Assembly (NCBI GenBank): GCA_017303995.1
Contig: JAFLBE010000006.1
Span: forward strand, 32,737 to 96,736
Source of the DNA: Bacteroidota bacterium
GTDB taxonomy: Bacteria; Bacteroidota; JABWAT01
Direction: 5' to 3'
DNA length: 64,000 nt
The notes under the pieces are model-generated. The model ran no database searches, had not been told where the DNA came from, and was given only the letters and a program-made list of their open reading frames with translations. A program made the translations under genes and the position numbers. Shown here one piece after another: positions 29,060 through 38,868 of the stretch (its first letter is position 1; every line of letters begins with the position of its first letter).

Positions 29060-30149
29060 AACTGATATTAAGCTCAAGATAAAAACCTAAAACGACTGCA
29101 TCTGAAGTTGTTTCAGCCCGTGTAAACGTCAGATTATTGACAGTCACCCATCCAGCAAGTCCCGAATAATTGACTGAAGTCTGTTTCGGAATCCAGTTTT
29201 TCAATCCCTTCAGTTTTTCAATTTCATCCTCAACTTTTCCCCGGACATACCAGTTCGTCATACTAAACTCTCCGGGAAACTCATCAAAAACCTCAACTTT
29301 TGATTTTGTGAACCGGATATCACCCTCCTTTAGTTCTGGAAAAGTATTGACGATAACGGTCCTTTCAAAAGTATCCTTGAATAACCAAAACCACCTGAAT
29401 CCATATTCTGCTCGGGTTTGCAGCGTCCATCTTTCGGGGGATAAAATGACCTGTGCTGATTTCGTTTTCAGCTTTTCATTTCTCTGAAGTGCACGTGAAA
29501 GCTGAACCGCCATCCAGTTTCGGCTAAGAAGAAGTCCGGCTTCCTGAAAAGCTGCCGGATTTAAATCTGCAGTAAATAATTGGGCGTTTAACTCAAGTTC
29601 TGCTTTCATTCCTGCTTCCTGAAAAGAAAGGGAAGTTAAATTTAGTGACCTAAGATTCATCGTCAAATCATATAGTTTAGCAGATTTTGCCAGTCCTTCC
29701 AGATTTTTTTCTATGGTGGATTTGGGAAGCGTAAAGAATTCAGGCAACTGTTTTTCTGCAACTGTACTGATCATTCCGTCAAATAAGGAAAGTCCGGAAC
29801 TGGAATTTTTAAAGGCTACATTTTCACGTTTTACAGTTAACTGGTTTCCATCGTAGGTAAAAGAAAAGGTAATGGCCAGATTTCCTGAAACCGAGATTTT
29901 CATTCCGAGAAATCCGGTATTTGCCGAATAGGAAACGGCATTATTTGTTGTCAGTTTTCCGGAAGTCCAATCTGCAGTTCCTTCCGAAATTTTCAAATCA
30001 TCTGAATTCAGTTTCTTTATTTTATCACTCAGAACCGATTGGAAAAGATTTTCTATTGCAGGTTCCGGCAAGGTAACCGACAGTTTGATGGATTGGGCAG
30101 AAGCCATAACCGGAACGAAAAGAAAAGTGAAAAGGAAAGCTTTGAACAT
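29049..30149 (-). CDS. Hypothetical secreted protein
   Basis: Signal peptide MFKAFLFTFLFVPVMASAQ. I recognise no family. Confidence 0.6.
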   Translation of the reverse strand: MFKAFLFTFLFVPVMASAQSIKLSVTLPEPAIENLFQSVLSDKIKKLNSDDLKISEGTADWTSGKLTTNNAVSYSANTGFLGMKISVSGNLAITFSFTYDGNQLTVKRENVAFKNSSSGLSLFDGMISTVAEKQLPEFFTLPKSTIEKNLEGLAKSAKLYDLTMNLRSLNLTSLSFQEAGMKAELELNAQLFTADLNPAAFQEAGLLLSRNWMAVQLSRALQRNEKLKTKSAQVILSPERWTLQTRAEYGFRWFWLFKDTFERTVIVNTFPELKEGDIRFTKSKVEVFDEFPGEFSMTNWYVRGKVEDEIEKLKGLKNWIPKQTSVNYSGLAGWVTVNNLTFTRAETTSDAVVLGFYLELNISFNP

Positions 30150-30300
30150 TTTAAAAACCTTGAATTGAATAACTTAAACACAGAGACATACAGGAGTTTA
30201 ATTTCAGTGAGTTACACTGAGAAATTAATTCTAATTTTTAAAAAAAAACTCTGTGATACCCTGATTGTAATTCTCTGTGTAACTCTGTGGTTAAACGAAT

Positions 30301-31065
30301 TTATTTGGATTTTGACAGTTTTAGGTAGGGTCCGAATACCCCATCCTGTTTGGGGATTTCTCTGAATTCATCCAGTTTTTCCGAAGAAATCAGGTGATCA
30401 TATCTGATTTCCTGTTTGGTAATCGGATTTTTCTGATTCAGATACTGAACAAACCGGTAAAACGGATCCTGATTTCCAGCACCGTAATGACAGGATATAC
30501 AATCTTTCGGATATTGATAATACATGCCATTGGTCATCAGATTAAATCCGAAATCATAAAGAAAAAAGTCCCAGCCGGATTCAGTTTTCACCATGACTTC
30601 ATAATTGATCGTGTGAGTCGTTTCCAGATCCCGGTTTTCACAGATCAGAACCGTTCCAACCGGATAAGGTTTTGGGTTTCCGGGAATTTCGGCTGGTAAA
30701 TCCGGAAAATATATCGTTCTCAAACCCGATCCGGTTGAAGAATTGACCGAAATCTGATTGAAACTCTTGAACGCAAAACTTCTGAGCAACTTAGCCGTTT
30801 GTTCTTCAGTTTTTACTGAGGATAAATATAAATCAGTTTGTTTCGCTTGCGGAACTGTCTTTAAAAGAGTAAAAACAGAATCCATCTGCAGCTTTAAATA
30901 ATTTTGACGGAACAATGCCAAAACTGCCTTCTTACTGGATTCAGTGGATAACACAGAGGTGTCTGGTGGTTGGTTTTCGTCAGGATTCGGGCCTTCCTTT
31001 TTTGAGCAGGAAGTCAGAAGTAAAACCAGAAATAAAAGAGATAAAAGTGGGGTCGTCAGTTTCAT
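30301..31065 (-). CDS. Lipoprotein with a cytochrome P460-like haem-c domain
   Basis: MKLTTPLLSLLFLVLLLTSC lipobox. YPVGTVLICE...VKTESGWDFFLYDF...KDCISCHYG (CxxCH) follows the cytochrome P460 motif order (FPDGTVLVKE...GNWAFYIF...CASCH). An upstream Met at 31170 is also possible. Confidence 0.5.
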   Translation of the reverse strand: MKLTTPLLSLLFLVLLLTSCSKKEGPNPDENQPPDTSVLSTESSKKAVLALFRQNYLKLQMDSVFTLLKTVPQAKQTDLYLSSVKTEEQTAKLLRSFAFKSFNQISVNSSTGSGLRTIYFPDLPAEIPGNPKPYPVGTVLICENRDLETTHTINYEVMVKTESGWDFFLYDFGFNLMTNGMYYQYPKDCISCHYGAGNQDPFYRFVQYLNQKNPITKQEIRYDHLISSEKLDEFREIPKQDGVFGPYLKLSKSK

Positions 31066-31168
31066 ATCTGCTAAGTTCGGAAAAAAGTTCTCCTTTAAGA
31101 AATCGCCGGTGCAGAAGAAATATTTTCCACAGCCGAACAAAATCAGGAAAAGGATTGTTAACCGCTTC

Positions 31169-32272
31169 ATGAATGGACTCAGATACCGGGAATTTATTCC
31201 CCAGATAATCACCGGCGAAGACCGGTTCGAACAAATCCTCAACATCTTCTCACAGTTGCTTCAGTACACCAATGGTGATGCAGATGAAGCGCTAGACTGG
31301 ATGAGGCAGCTTAATAAAAAGCACAAAATGTTCGATCAGGACTATACTTTTGATGATTTTAAAAAAGATCTCAAAACTCACGGTTACCTGAAAGATCAAC
31401 CCGGACAGAAATTCCAGATTTCATCCAAGATGGAACGGTATATCAGATCCCGTGCTTTTGAAGAAATCTTTTCGAGTATGAAACGGTCGGTCACCGGGAA
31501 TCACCGCACGAATTTTACCGGTTCGGGAGATGAACAAACCACCGATAACCGCCCTTTTCAGTTTGGTGACACCACCGATCTGCTTGACGTGACCCGCACG
31601 ATTTACAACGCCCATCTGAATCACGGCATTGATAACTTCCAGCTTCAGGAAAAAGATATGGAAGTTTATGATACCCAATTTTTCACGAGTCAGGCAACAG
31701 TGATCATGATTGACCTGAGCCATTCGATGATTTTATACGGCGAAGACCGGATCACCCCGGCAAAAAAAGTGGCGATGGGACTTTCAGAGCTGATCATGAC
31801 CAAATATCCGAATGACAGCCTGAATATTCTGGCTTTCGGCGATGAAGCCTGGGAAGTTTCTGTGAAGGATTTACCCTACCTGGCGGTCGGACCTTATCAC
31901 ACCAACACCAAAGAGGGACTTCAACTTGCCCGGCATATTCTTCGCAAAAAAAATACGACCAACAAACAAATTTTCATGATAACTGACGGGAAACCGTCGT
32001 GCATCAGAGAAGGCGGAAAGTTGTATAAAAACTCGTTTGGAATGGATCCGAAAATATTAAACCGGACGCTGGATGAAGCTGAAATCTGCCGGCGGGAAGG
32101 AATTTCGATCACTACGTTTATGATTGCCCGTGATGCGATTCTTCAGGATTTTGTTCGGGATTTGACTAAAATCAATCAGGGACGTGCTTACTTTTCTTCC
32201 TTGAATAAGCTGGGTGATTTTTTATTTGAAGATTACATTTCGAACCGGAAGAAAACGTACAAGGGCGGATGA
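31169..32272 (+). CDS. von Willebrand factor A (VWA) domain protein
   Basis: The MIDAS context VIMIDLSHSM...FMITDGKPS is in the C-terminal half. I placed the start at MNGLRYREF, because the longer ORF from 30944 would overlap the divergent gene. Confidence 0.65.
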   Translation: MNGLRYREFIPQIITGEDRFEQILNIFSQLLQYTNGDADEALDWMRQLNKKHKMFDQDYTFDDFKKDLKTHGYLKDQPGQKFQISSKMERYIRSRAFEEIFSSMKRSVTGNHRTNFTGSGDEQTTDNRPFQFGDTTDLLDVTRTIYNAHLNHGIDNFQLQEKDMEVYDTQFFTSQATVIMIDLSHSMILYGEDRITPAKKVAMGLSELIMTKYPNDSLNILAFGDEAWEVSVKDLPYLAVGPYHTNTKEGLQLARHILRKKNTTNKQIFMITDGKPSCIREGGKLYKNSFGMDPKILNRTLDEAEICRREGISITTFMIARDAILQDFVRDLTKINQGRAYFSSLNKLGDFLFEDYISNRKKTYKGG

Positions 32273-32279
32273 GGAATCA

Positions 32280-32321
32280 GTTACAAGTGGCAAGTTATAA
32301 GTGGTAAGTGGTCAGTGGTAT
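32280..32321. repeat. Heptad tract of 6 units (gttacaa gtggcaa gttataa gtggtaa gtggtca gtggtat)
   Basis: Starts 8 nt after the VWA gene stop. Confidence 0.9.
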
Positions 32322-32363
32322 GAGATACGCTTTGTGGGGTACGTTCTAAGTATTCCAGCTTTA

Positions 32364-32391
32364 ACCTTAATCCTTATGCCTTACGCCTGAA
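32364..32391. repeat. Heptad tract (accttaa tccttat gccttac gcctgaa)
   Basis: Ends 12 nt before the methyltransferase stop. It is the reverse-complement word family of 20620-20661. Confidence 0.85.
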
Positions 32392-32402
32392 TTCCACCTA
32401 TC

Positions 32403-33260
32403 TCAGATCAGAAAAAACGAATAGTGATTTTGCTTCCCGCCAGGTTTCCCGGTAATAACAATCCCGATTGACTTCAAATCAATTGAAACAGCCACTTGCC
32501 GGTGAGTTTTGATTTTACTCCACGCTCTTTTCATTCCATCTGACCACGAAATATCATCCGCAATAATAATTGAACCCGGTTCACAATGAGTAAGGATTTG
32601 TTCAAAATAAGTTTCTGTTGCCAACTCATCATGATGTCCGTCGATGTAGGCGAACTGAAGTGACTTGAGCTTTTGCAGTGCTCCCGGAAGTGTATCCGAG
32701 AAAAGTCCGGTAATGACTTCAACCCGGTCTAATCTGAGATCTGCGAGGTTTTTGCGGGCTATTTCAGCTAATGAAGGATCACCTTCAAGGGAAATTAAAG
32801 AACCGTTTTGATTGTACTTTAACCCTGCTGCCAGCGTTGCGGTTGAAAAGCCGGCGTTGGTTCCGAGTTCAATGATTGTTTCCGGCTTAAATTCCACAAC
32901 AAGAAGGTAAAGCAGTTTTGCCCAGAAGTCCGGTTTTGTTTCTCTGGAAACAATTTTTCCTAGTGTCGTTTCGTTTGCCTTTGAAAAATCACCATCTCTG
33001 ACCAGATTCCGGTTACCAGCCCCAAAATCAAGGCGGTTTATTTTCTGTTGGGATTTACAACTTTCCCGTCTGAGTTCCTTTATTTGCACCAGAATCGAAC
33101 TTCTTTCCGTGTAAGCTGCTCTGCTTAACCATTTGGCAAGAACCCCGCCGAGTTGCAGTTCCATTCCGCCAGATTTCTGCATGCGCCTCAGTTGTCCTTG
33201 CTGAAAACTGAAAAGTGCCGGATTGACACGGTTGCAAAGCCAGTTATAAATGTTGATCAT
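32403..33260 (-). CDS. Class I SAM-dependent methyltransferase (O-methyltransferase family 3 / Methyltransf_24-like)
   Basis: IIELGTNAGFSTATLA (motif I), ISLEGD and FAYIDGHH. Its ATG overlaps the kefB TGA (ATGA at 33260-33257). Confidence 0.65.
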   Translation of the reverse strand: MINIYNWLCNRVNPALFSFQQGQLRRMQKSGGMELQLGGVLAKWLSRAAYTERSSILVQIKELRRESCKSQQKINRLDFGAGNRNLVRDGDFSKANETTLGKIVSRETKPDFWAKLLYLLVVEFKPETIIELGTNAGFSTATLAAGLKYNQNGSLISLEGDPSLAEIARKNLADLRLDRVEVITGLFSDTLPGALQKLKSLQFAYIDGHHDELATETYFEQILTHCEPGSIIIADDISWSDGMKRAWSKIKTHRQVAVSIDLKSIGIVITGKPGGKQNHYSFFLI

Positions 33261-35173
33261 GAAGTCACCTTTGGTTCTTCAGGTTTTGGAGGGGTTTGGA
33301 ACCGTGCAAGGACTTCTTCGCGAAGCGAATCAGAATCCCAGCCGGCATCCCGTTCAAGATCGGTATCTGCCATATCCGCCTGAATTAAATCTTCAAGTTC
33401 AGCTATTGCCGATTTTGCCATCGAAAAATAGACTTTTTTATCTTTGCGGACGGCACTCAGATTTTTCAGTACCGTTTCATCATGCTTTCTGAACATGTTA
33501 GCAGCTCTTTGGGCATGAAATCCTCTGATTCCTAACATCCGCATGGCATCAACACCCATCCGGAGTGCAGTATCCAATGTTTCCCGGTAAACGTGGTCAA
33601 CTCCCTGTTCAATCAGCCGGTAAGATTCTGTTCGATCTGATGTTCTGACCAGGATTTGCAAATGCGGAAAGTGTTTTTTAACCAGGTGAACCAGATTCTC
33701 ATTTTTTTCGGATTCTTCATAGGCGATGATCATCAGTTTGGCCTTATCTGCGCCGGCAGCATGAAGCAATTCATGCCGGGTTGCATCACCGTAATACACT
33801 TTTAATCCCAGTTTTCTTAGTGTATCCACACGATCTGAATCATTATCAAGAACTGTTGTCCCGATTCCGTTTGCTTTTAATAATCGGCCAACTGTATTTC
33901 CGAACCGGTCAAAACCCGCAATGATTACCGGATTGTCTTCCTGAATCTCGTCGGCTTCACGGTCATTTGTTTTTTCTGTTCCAAATTTTGGCAAGAGTAC
34001 TTTTTCATTTAAGGTCATGATCAGCGGAGTCATGGCCATGCTCAGCGCAACAACAGCCACCATTTTCCCGGTAAGTTCGGCATCAAAAATGCCATTCTGC
34101 AGGGCAAATGAGAATAAAACAAAGGCAAACTCGCCCACCTGTGACAGTGCAAAGGAGAAAATCAGATTCTGATCAGTTCCTATTTTGTAAACTTTTCCCA
34201 GAACAAATAACACAAGACCTTTAACCAGCATCAATCCCAAAACAAGAATAAGTATCGAACCCGGGTCTGCAACGATCAGAGAAAAATTGATTGACGCGCC
34301 TACTGAAATAAAAAACAATCCTAGCAGCAGACCTTTAAACGGTTCAATGTCGCTGATGAGTTCATGACGGTATTCACTGTTTGCCAGAACAACGCCAGCG
34401 AGAAAAGTGCCGAGTGCGGGACTTAATCCGACCGTGGTCATCAAAACTGCAATTGCAATGACAAGCAGAAGTGCCGCAGCAGTAAATAATTCAAGCAGTC
34501 TGGTTTGGGCGATAAATCTGAATGCGGGCCGGATAATGAACCTTCCACCGGCAATGATAAGGCCAACTGCCCCTAAGACCACAACCGTTTGAAGCCATGC
34601 AGGAAGAGAGCCGACCCAGGTTTGTGATGAGGCAGAATCCGTCCCGGCCGTTTGAATGGCCAGAAGCGGAAAAATGGCCAGCATGGGGATGACGGCAATA
34701 TCCTGAAAAAGCAGGACTGCAAATGAACTTTGTCCCGAAGTGGTTTTTATCAATCCCTTTTCATTCAGGGTTTGAAGTACAATTGCAGTAGATGACAGCG
34801 AAAGTATCATTCCGAGTGCTGCTGAAGCCTGCCAGGAAAGTCCGGCCAGAAATGCGAGTCCGCCAATGATGATGGCGGTACCTGCAACCTGAAGTCCGCC
34901 AAGACCCAGAATGGCAGATCTCATCCGCCAGAGTAAAGAGGGTTCGAGTTCAAGACCAATCACGAAAAGCATCATGACCACGCCGAATTCAGCAAAGTGC
35001 ATAACGTCCTGACCTTCTTCACCGATCAGACCCAATAAATGCGGACCAATTAACATCCCGGCCATCAGGTAACCCAGAACCGAGCCCAGTCCAAGCCGTT
35101 TTGCAATTGGAACAGCAATAACCGCAGCAGTTAAATAAACCAGTGCCAGATAAAAGAAGGAATCATGATGCAT
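33257..35173 (-). CDS. kefB: Monovalent cation:proton antiporter-2 (CPA2) family K+ efflux protein, KefB/KefC-like, with a C-terminal RCK/TrkA-N domain
   Basis: Na_H_Exchanger membrane domain, VIIAGFDRFGNTVG Rossmann motif, 638 aa, preceded by a KefG-like gene. Confidence 0.85.
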   Translation of the reverse strand: MHHDSFFYLALVYLTAAVIAVPIAKRLGLGSVLGYLMAGMLIGPHLLGLIGEEGQDVMHFAEFGVVMMLFVIGLELEPSLLWRMRSAILGLGGLQVAGTAIIIGGLAFLAGLSWQASAALGMILSLSSTAIVLQTLNEKGLIKTTSGQSSFAVLLFQDIAVIPMLAIFPLLAIQTAGTDSASSQTWVGSLPAWLQTVVVLGAVGLIIAGGRFIIRPAFRFIAQTRLLELFTAAALLLVIAIAVLMTTVGLSPALGTFLAGVVLANSEYRHELISDIEPFKGLLLGLFFISVGASINFSLIVADPGSILILVLGLMLVKGLVLFVLGKVYKIGTDQNLIFSFALSQVGEFAFVLFSFALQNGIFDAELTGKMVAVVALSMAMTPLIMTLNEKVLLPKFGTEKTNDREADEIQEDNPVIIAGFDRFGNTVGRLLKANGIGTTVLDNDSDRVDTLRKLGLKVYYGDATRHELLHAAGADKAKLMIIAYEESEKNENLVHLVKKHFPHLQILVRTSDRTESYRLIEQGVDHVYRETLDTALRMGVDAMRMLGIRGFHAQRAANMFRKHDETVLKNLSAVRKDKKVYFSMAKSAIAELEDLIQADMADTDLERDAGWDSDSLREEVLARFQTPPKPEEPKVTS

Positions 35174-35176
35174 GGT

Positions 35177-35779
35177 CTACTTTCCTTCCACAGATTCAAA
35201 ATAGTCTTTGGTATAAGAAAACGGAGTCAACTCTTCTGATCGGATTGAACCATCTGCAAGTCCCGATATGAGTTTTTGGTATCGGCGGGAATGAATTCCA
35301 AGTTCCTCAGATGTCATTCGGTGTGTACCCTGAATAGCGAGTGGCGGTAGAAACGTCATTTTACAAAGTCTTGCTGTCTGTTCAAACGGGATTAAATATT
35401 CACGGATGGTGAATCTGGCTCCTCCGGTTGCCTGGTAGCTTGATTCCGGACCGCCACTGGTAATTATCTGCAACCAGAACTTTCCTTCAAGCATCCGGCC
35501 TGCTGAACCATAAGCCCAGCCGTGAGCGAGAACAAGGTCAATCCATTGTTTAATCAGGGGAGGGGCGCTGTACCAATAAAACGGGTGATGAAAAACGATC
35601 ACATCATGTTCGAGCAGTAATTGTTGTTCAGCTTTAATATCCACATCAAAATCCGGGTATTCTTCATATAAATCTCTGAAAGTCACACCTGGAATGGTAG
35701 TGATATCTTTGATCAGTTGAAGATTGATTCTCGATTTTTCAAGTCTTGGATGAGCAAAAAGTATTAAAATCCGGGGCAT
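35177..35779 (-). CDS. kefG: KefF/KefG-type NAD(P)H oxidoreductase, ancillary subunit of the Kef system (flavodoxin-like fold)
   Basis: ILILFAHPRLEKSRIN...FHHPFYWYSAPPLIKQWID, located 4 nt upstream of kefB. Confidence 0.8.
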   Translation of the reverse strand: MPRILILFAHPRLEKSRINLQLIKDITTIPGVTFRDLYEEYPDFDVDIKAEQQLLLEHDVIVFHHPFYWYSAPPLIKQWIDLVLAHGWAYGSAGRMLEGKFWLQIITSGGPESSYQATGGARFTIREYLIPFEQTARLCKMTFLPPLAIQGTHRMTSEELGIHSRRYQKLISGLADGSIRSEELTPFSYTKDYFESVEGK

Positions 35780-35879
35780 AATCTATTTATCTCAAAAAAG
35801 GAATTGTAAAAATAAAGCAAAAAATCCGGTGAAGCACTTGATTTAAAAAAGGTGTTATGATATACTGCATATATATACA

Positions 35880-36018
35880 GTTATAAGTGACAAATTATAA
35901 GTTATAAGTCGAGCGAAGCGAAGATCCCGAACACTTTCGGGGTTACAAATTATAAGTTATAAATCGTAAAAAGCGAAAATCCCGATTCATATCGGGGTGA
36001 TAAGTAATAAGTGATAAG
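35880..36018 (+). repeat. Two tandem composite elements (heptad arms plus a conserved hairpin core) that abut the radical-SAM gene ATG
   Basis: Unit 1 is gttataa gtgacaa attataa gttataa gtcgagcgaagcgaagatcccgaa-cact-ttcgggg. Unit 2 is gttacaa attataa gttataa atcgtaaaaagcgaaaatcccgat-tcat-atcgggg gtgataa gtaataa gtgataa g, followed directly by ATG at 36019. Confidence 0.85.
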
Positions 36019-37104
36019 ATGAAACCTAATCTGGCAATAAAAAAAATAAAGGGCAGGGGCGCACAACTCCGGATTCCAAACCGGTTTTCTGCCCGTTCAG
36101 TTGAGACTGAAGTCAATGACCTTCCCACAGAAACAGAACGGGAAGAACTTCTGTTCCCCAGGCCGGAGACGAAACTGGTTGAAGTTCAACCGAAAACAAT
36201 CCTGAATAAAATGGAAAGTCCAGATTTACCATTGGACTGGAGCATGAACCCGTATCAGGGATGTGAACATGGTTGTATCTATTGCTATGCCAGAAATTCA
36301 CATGAATACTGGGATGGTGGTGCCGGTCTTGAATTTGAAACCCAGATTCTCGTCAAACTTCAAGCTCCCCGTTTGCTCAGAGATGCACTTTCAAACCCAA
36401 AATGGAAAGTGAGTCCAGTTGTTTTGTCTGGAAATACTGATTGTTATCAGCCTGCTGAGGCAAAACTTCAGATCACACGAAAATGTCTTGAGGTCTTTGC
36501 TGAGTTTCATCACCCGGTTGGCATTATCACGAAAAACAGTCTCATTTTGAGGGATTTGGATCTGCTTCAGCAACTTGCCCAAAACGACCTGGTTCATGTA
36601 AATATTTCATTGAATACACTTGATGAAGACTTGAAAAGAGTCATGGAACCCAGAACATCCTCCGTTAAAAGAATGCTGAATACCATTCAGATTCTCACTT
36701 CAAACAGAATTCCGGTCAGGGTTTTAATTGCCCCAATAATTCCCGGGCTGAACGATACTGACATCATGGATATTGTGAAACTGGCGGCTGAGAACGGTGC
36801 TGGTGGGGTGACGTACCAGGTGGTTAGATTAAACGGACATGTTGGCGTTTTGTTTGAAGACTGGATTCAAAAAACCTTCCCCGATCGTGCAGAAAAAGTT
36901 CTGAACCGGATCAAGTCACTTCATGGCGGAAAGTTAAACGATTCCAGATTCGGGAAAAGAATGCGGGGAGAGGGTCAGTGGGCAGAAATCATCAGGCAGC
37001 AGTTTAAACTGGCAAAAGACCGATATTTACCGGAAGACACCATTCCGGCATTTAACCTGGATTTATTTGATCAGCACCGGCCGGGACAGTTGGGGTTGTT
37101 TTGA
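36019..37104 (+). CDS. PA0069-family radical SAM protein
   Basis: GRGAQLRIPNRF N-terminal signature and a CEHGCIYC CxxxCxxC cluster motif. Confidence 0.8.
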   Translation: MKPNLAIKKIKGRGAQLRIPNRFSARSVETEVNDLPTETEREELLFPRPETKLVEVQPKTILNKMESPDLPLDWSMNPYQGCEHGCIYCYARNSHEYWDGGAGLEFETQILVKLQAPRLLRDALSNPKWKVSPVVLSGNTDCYQPAEAKLQITRKCLEVFAEFHHPVGIITKNSLILRDLDLLQQLAQNDLVHVNISLNTLDEDLKRVMEPRTSSVKRMLNTIQILTSNRIPVRVLIAPIIPGLNDTDIMDIVKLAAENGAGGVTYQVVRLNGHVGVLFEDWIQKTFPDRAEKVLNRIKSLHGGKLNDSRFGKRMRGEGQWAEIIRQQFKLAKDRYLPEDTIPAFNLDLFDQHRPGQLGLF

Positions 37105-37107
37105 AAA

Positions 37108-38868
37108 TTATTTGTCAGGAGTGACCGGAAGCTGGAAGAAAAAAGTTGATCCTTTTCCATATTCACTTTCTACCCAGATTTTTCCGTTGTGTTTATCTAT
37201 GAATTCTTTGCAGAGAATCAGCCCCAGACCCGTTCCCTTTTCCTGTGAAGTACCAATCATTGACACATTCACATCGATCCGGAAAAGTTTGTCAATGATT
37301 TCGGATCCGATACCAACACCTGTATCCTGAATAAAAACTTTTACATATGTGTCGGCACTTTCGGCATTAACGGTAATTTTACCACCTTCTCTTGTAAATT
37401 TGATGGCATTCGACACCAGGTTTCGCAAAATTGAATTTAGCATATTCCTGTCTGCCAGAATGTATTGTGGTTTTGGCAGGTTATTGATAAGCTCGACATT
37501 TTTATGTGTTGCCGGTATCTGCTGATAGTCAAAAACTTCCTCAACAAGTAGATTCAATTCAATCCATTCGGGTTCAAATGGAATAATTCCCCTTTGCGAA
37601 CTCGACCATTCAAGCAGATTTTCAAGAAGTTTGTAAACAGATCCTGATGATTCTTTCATTAAAACGATCATTTCCTTTTGTTCGGAAGGAGACATCTCTG
37701 TAAATTCTTCAGACAACACCTGCGAAAGATTCATAAATCCTCCCAGCTGGTTTCTTAAATCATGAGCGAGAATTGAAAGAAACTTGTCTTTTGTTGCATT
37801 TAAGCCCTGAAGTTTTTTTTCACCTTCAATCAGGATTCGTTCTGTCTGTTTCAGCTCGGTAATATTTTTGAGAACGAGCAATTTACCCATTTTATTTTGC
37901 TGAACATCACGGATGGCTGAAACCGTTGCCTGAAAAACTGAGAGTGAATTTTGTGATTCCGAAAGTTTTATTTCCTGAATATTTTCATCATCAGAAAGGA
38001 TAAGGTTAGCAAGTCCCGGCCAGTCTGCAAGGGCAAGGTGAGCCGGTTTACCTAGATATTCTGGGAATATTCCCGGCAGTATTTTTTTGGCAGACTGATT
38101 AAAATTGATAATCCGGTTTTGTCTGTCAATGATAATGACGCCTTCCTGCATACTGGCAAAAACGTTCTCAAGAGCAAACGGTTCAATATCGAGCAGTCTG
38201 TATCTGAAAATTCCAAAAAAATAAAATGGGGAAGCCATTGTTAAGGCAAATGGTGTCGGATCCAGTCCTTTTGGAATAAAACCAGCAAGGTAAAGAATGT
38301 GAGTAAGCCAGGGAATTAGAGATCCCGCGAGCATGATTATGCCCTGAGTACGGTAAAGACGTGAAGATTTTCGGATAAACTCAATAAACAATCCGGTGCC
38401 GATGATCATGCAAATATTAACAAACGCATTTTGAACCCAATACCACGGACCCCTTACTAATTGCATAACAGGGAATGAACCAGATGTATCAAGTTCCTGG
38501 CTTATATAAAACCAGTGATGCATATCGTTAGTATTAACTAAAATCAGAGAGGTAAGTGGGATAATAAAAAGAAGTGTGTAGGTGAAACCATTTAAAACAG
38601 ACTCCTTGCCTGCATATTGAAGTGCAACAAGAAGCCAGAATACGGGAATAAATACGATTCCAACATATTCAAACCGGATCCAGAATTTCATGGCTTCCAG
38701 AGAGGTACAGGTTAGTTCTACCCCATAACCAAATGTATAAAAGGAAAGACAAAGTGTGAAAAGGGCAAAACTTAGCGAGCCTTTTGATTTTCTGAATCTG
38801 ATACCAAAGTAGGTTAGAATCAGATTGGTAAGCGCCGAAAAAAAGAGAATGAAAGAGAAAACGGTCAT
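37108..38868 (-). CDS. Sensor histidine kinase with an N-terminal 7-TM domain, PAS, HisKA and HATPase_c
   Basis: The first ~220 aa hold seven hydrophobic segments. The H-box is LSILAHDLRNQL, with N and G boxes LVSNAIKFT and GTGLGLILC. Confidence 0.85.
   Translation of the reverse strand: MTVFSFILFFSALTNLILTYFGIRFRKSKGSLSFALFTLCLSFYTFGYGVELTCTSLEAMKFWIRFEYVGIVFIPVFWLLVALQYAGKESVLNGFTYTLLFIIPLTSLILVNTNDMHHWFYISQELDTSGSFPVMQLVRGPWYWVQNAFVNICMIIGTGLFIEFIRKSSRLYRTQGIIMLAGSLIPWLTHILYLAGFIPKGLDPTPFALTMASPFYFFGIFRYRLLDIEPFALENVFASMQEGVIIIDRQNRIINFNQSAKKILPGIFPEYLGKPAHLALADWPGLANLILSDDENIQEIKLSESQNSLSVFQATVSAIRDVQQNKMGKLLVLKNITELKQTERILIEGEKKLQGLNATKDKFLSILAHDLRNQLGGFMNLSQVLSEEFTEMSPSEQKEMIVLMKESSGSVYKLLENLLEWSSSQRGIIPFEPEWIELNLLVEEVFDYQQIPATHKNVELINNLPKPQYILADRNMLNSILRNLVSNAIKFTREGGKITVNAESADTYVKVFIQDTGVGIGSEIIDKLFRIDVNVSMIGTSQEKGTGLGLILCKEFIDKHNGKIWVESEYGKGSTFFFQLPVTPDK

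Noticed and set aside
30944-31168. 75-codon N-terminal extension of the VWA ORF
   Set aside because: It overlaps the lipoprotein gene on the opposite strand and has a basic, low-complexity composition. A Met at 31169 leaves a normal divergent promoter gap.
35943-36128. 61-aa minus-strand ORF across the heptad-hairpin repeats
   Set aside because: It is composed of repeat sequence and overlaps the 5' end of the radical-SAM gene.
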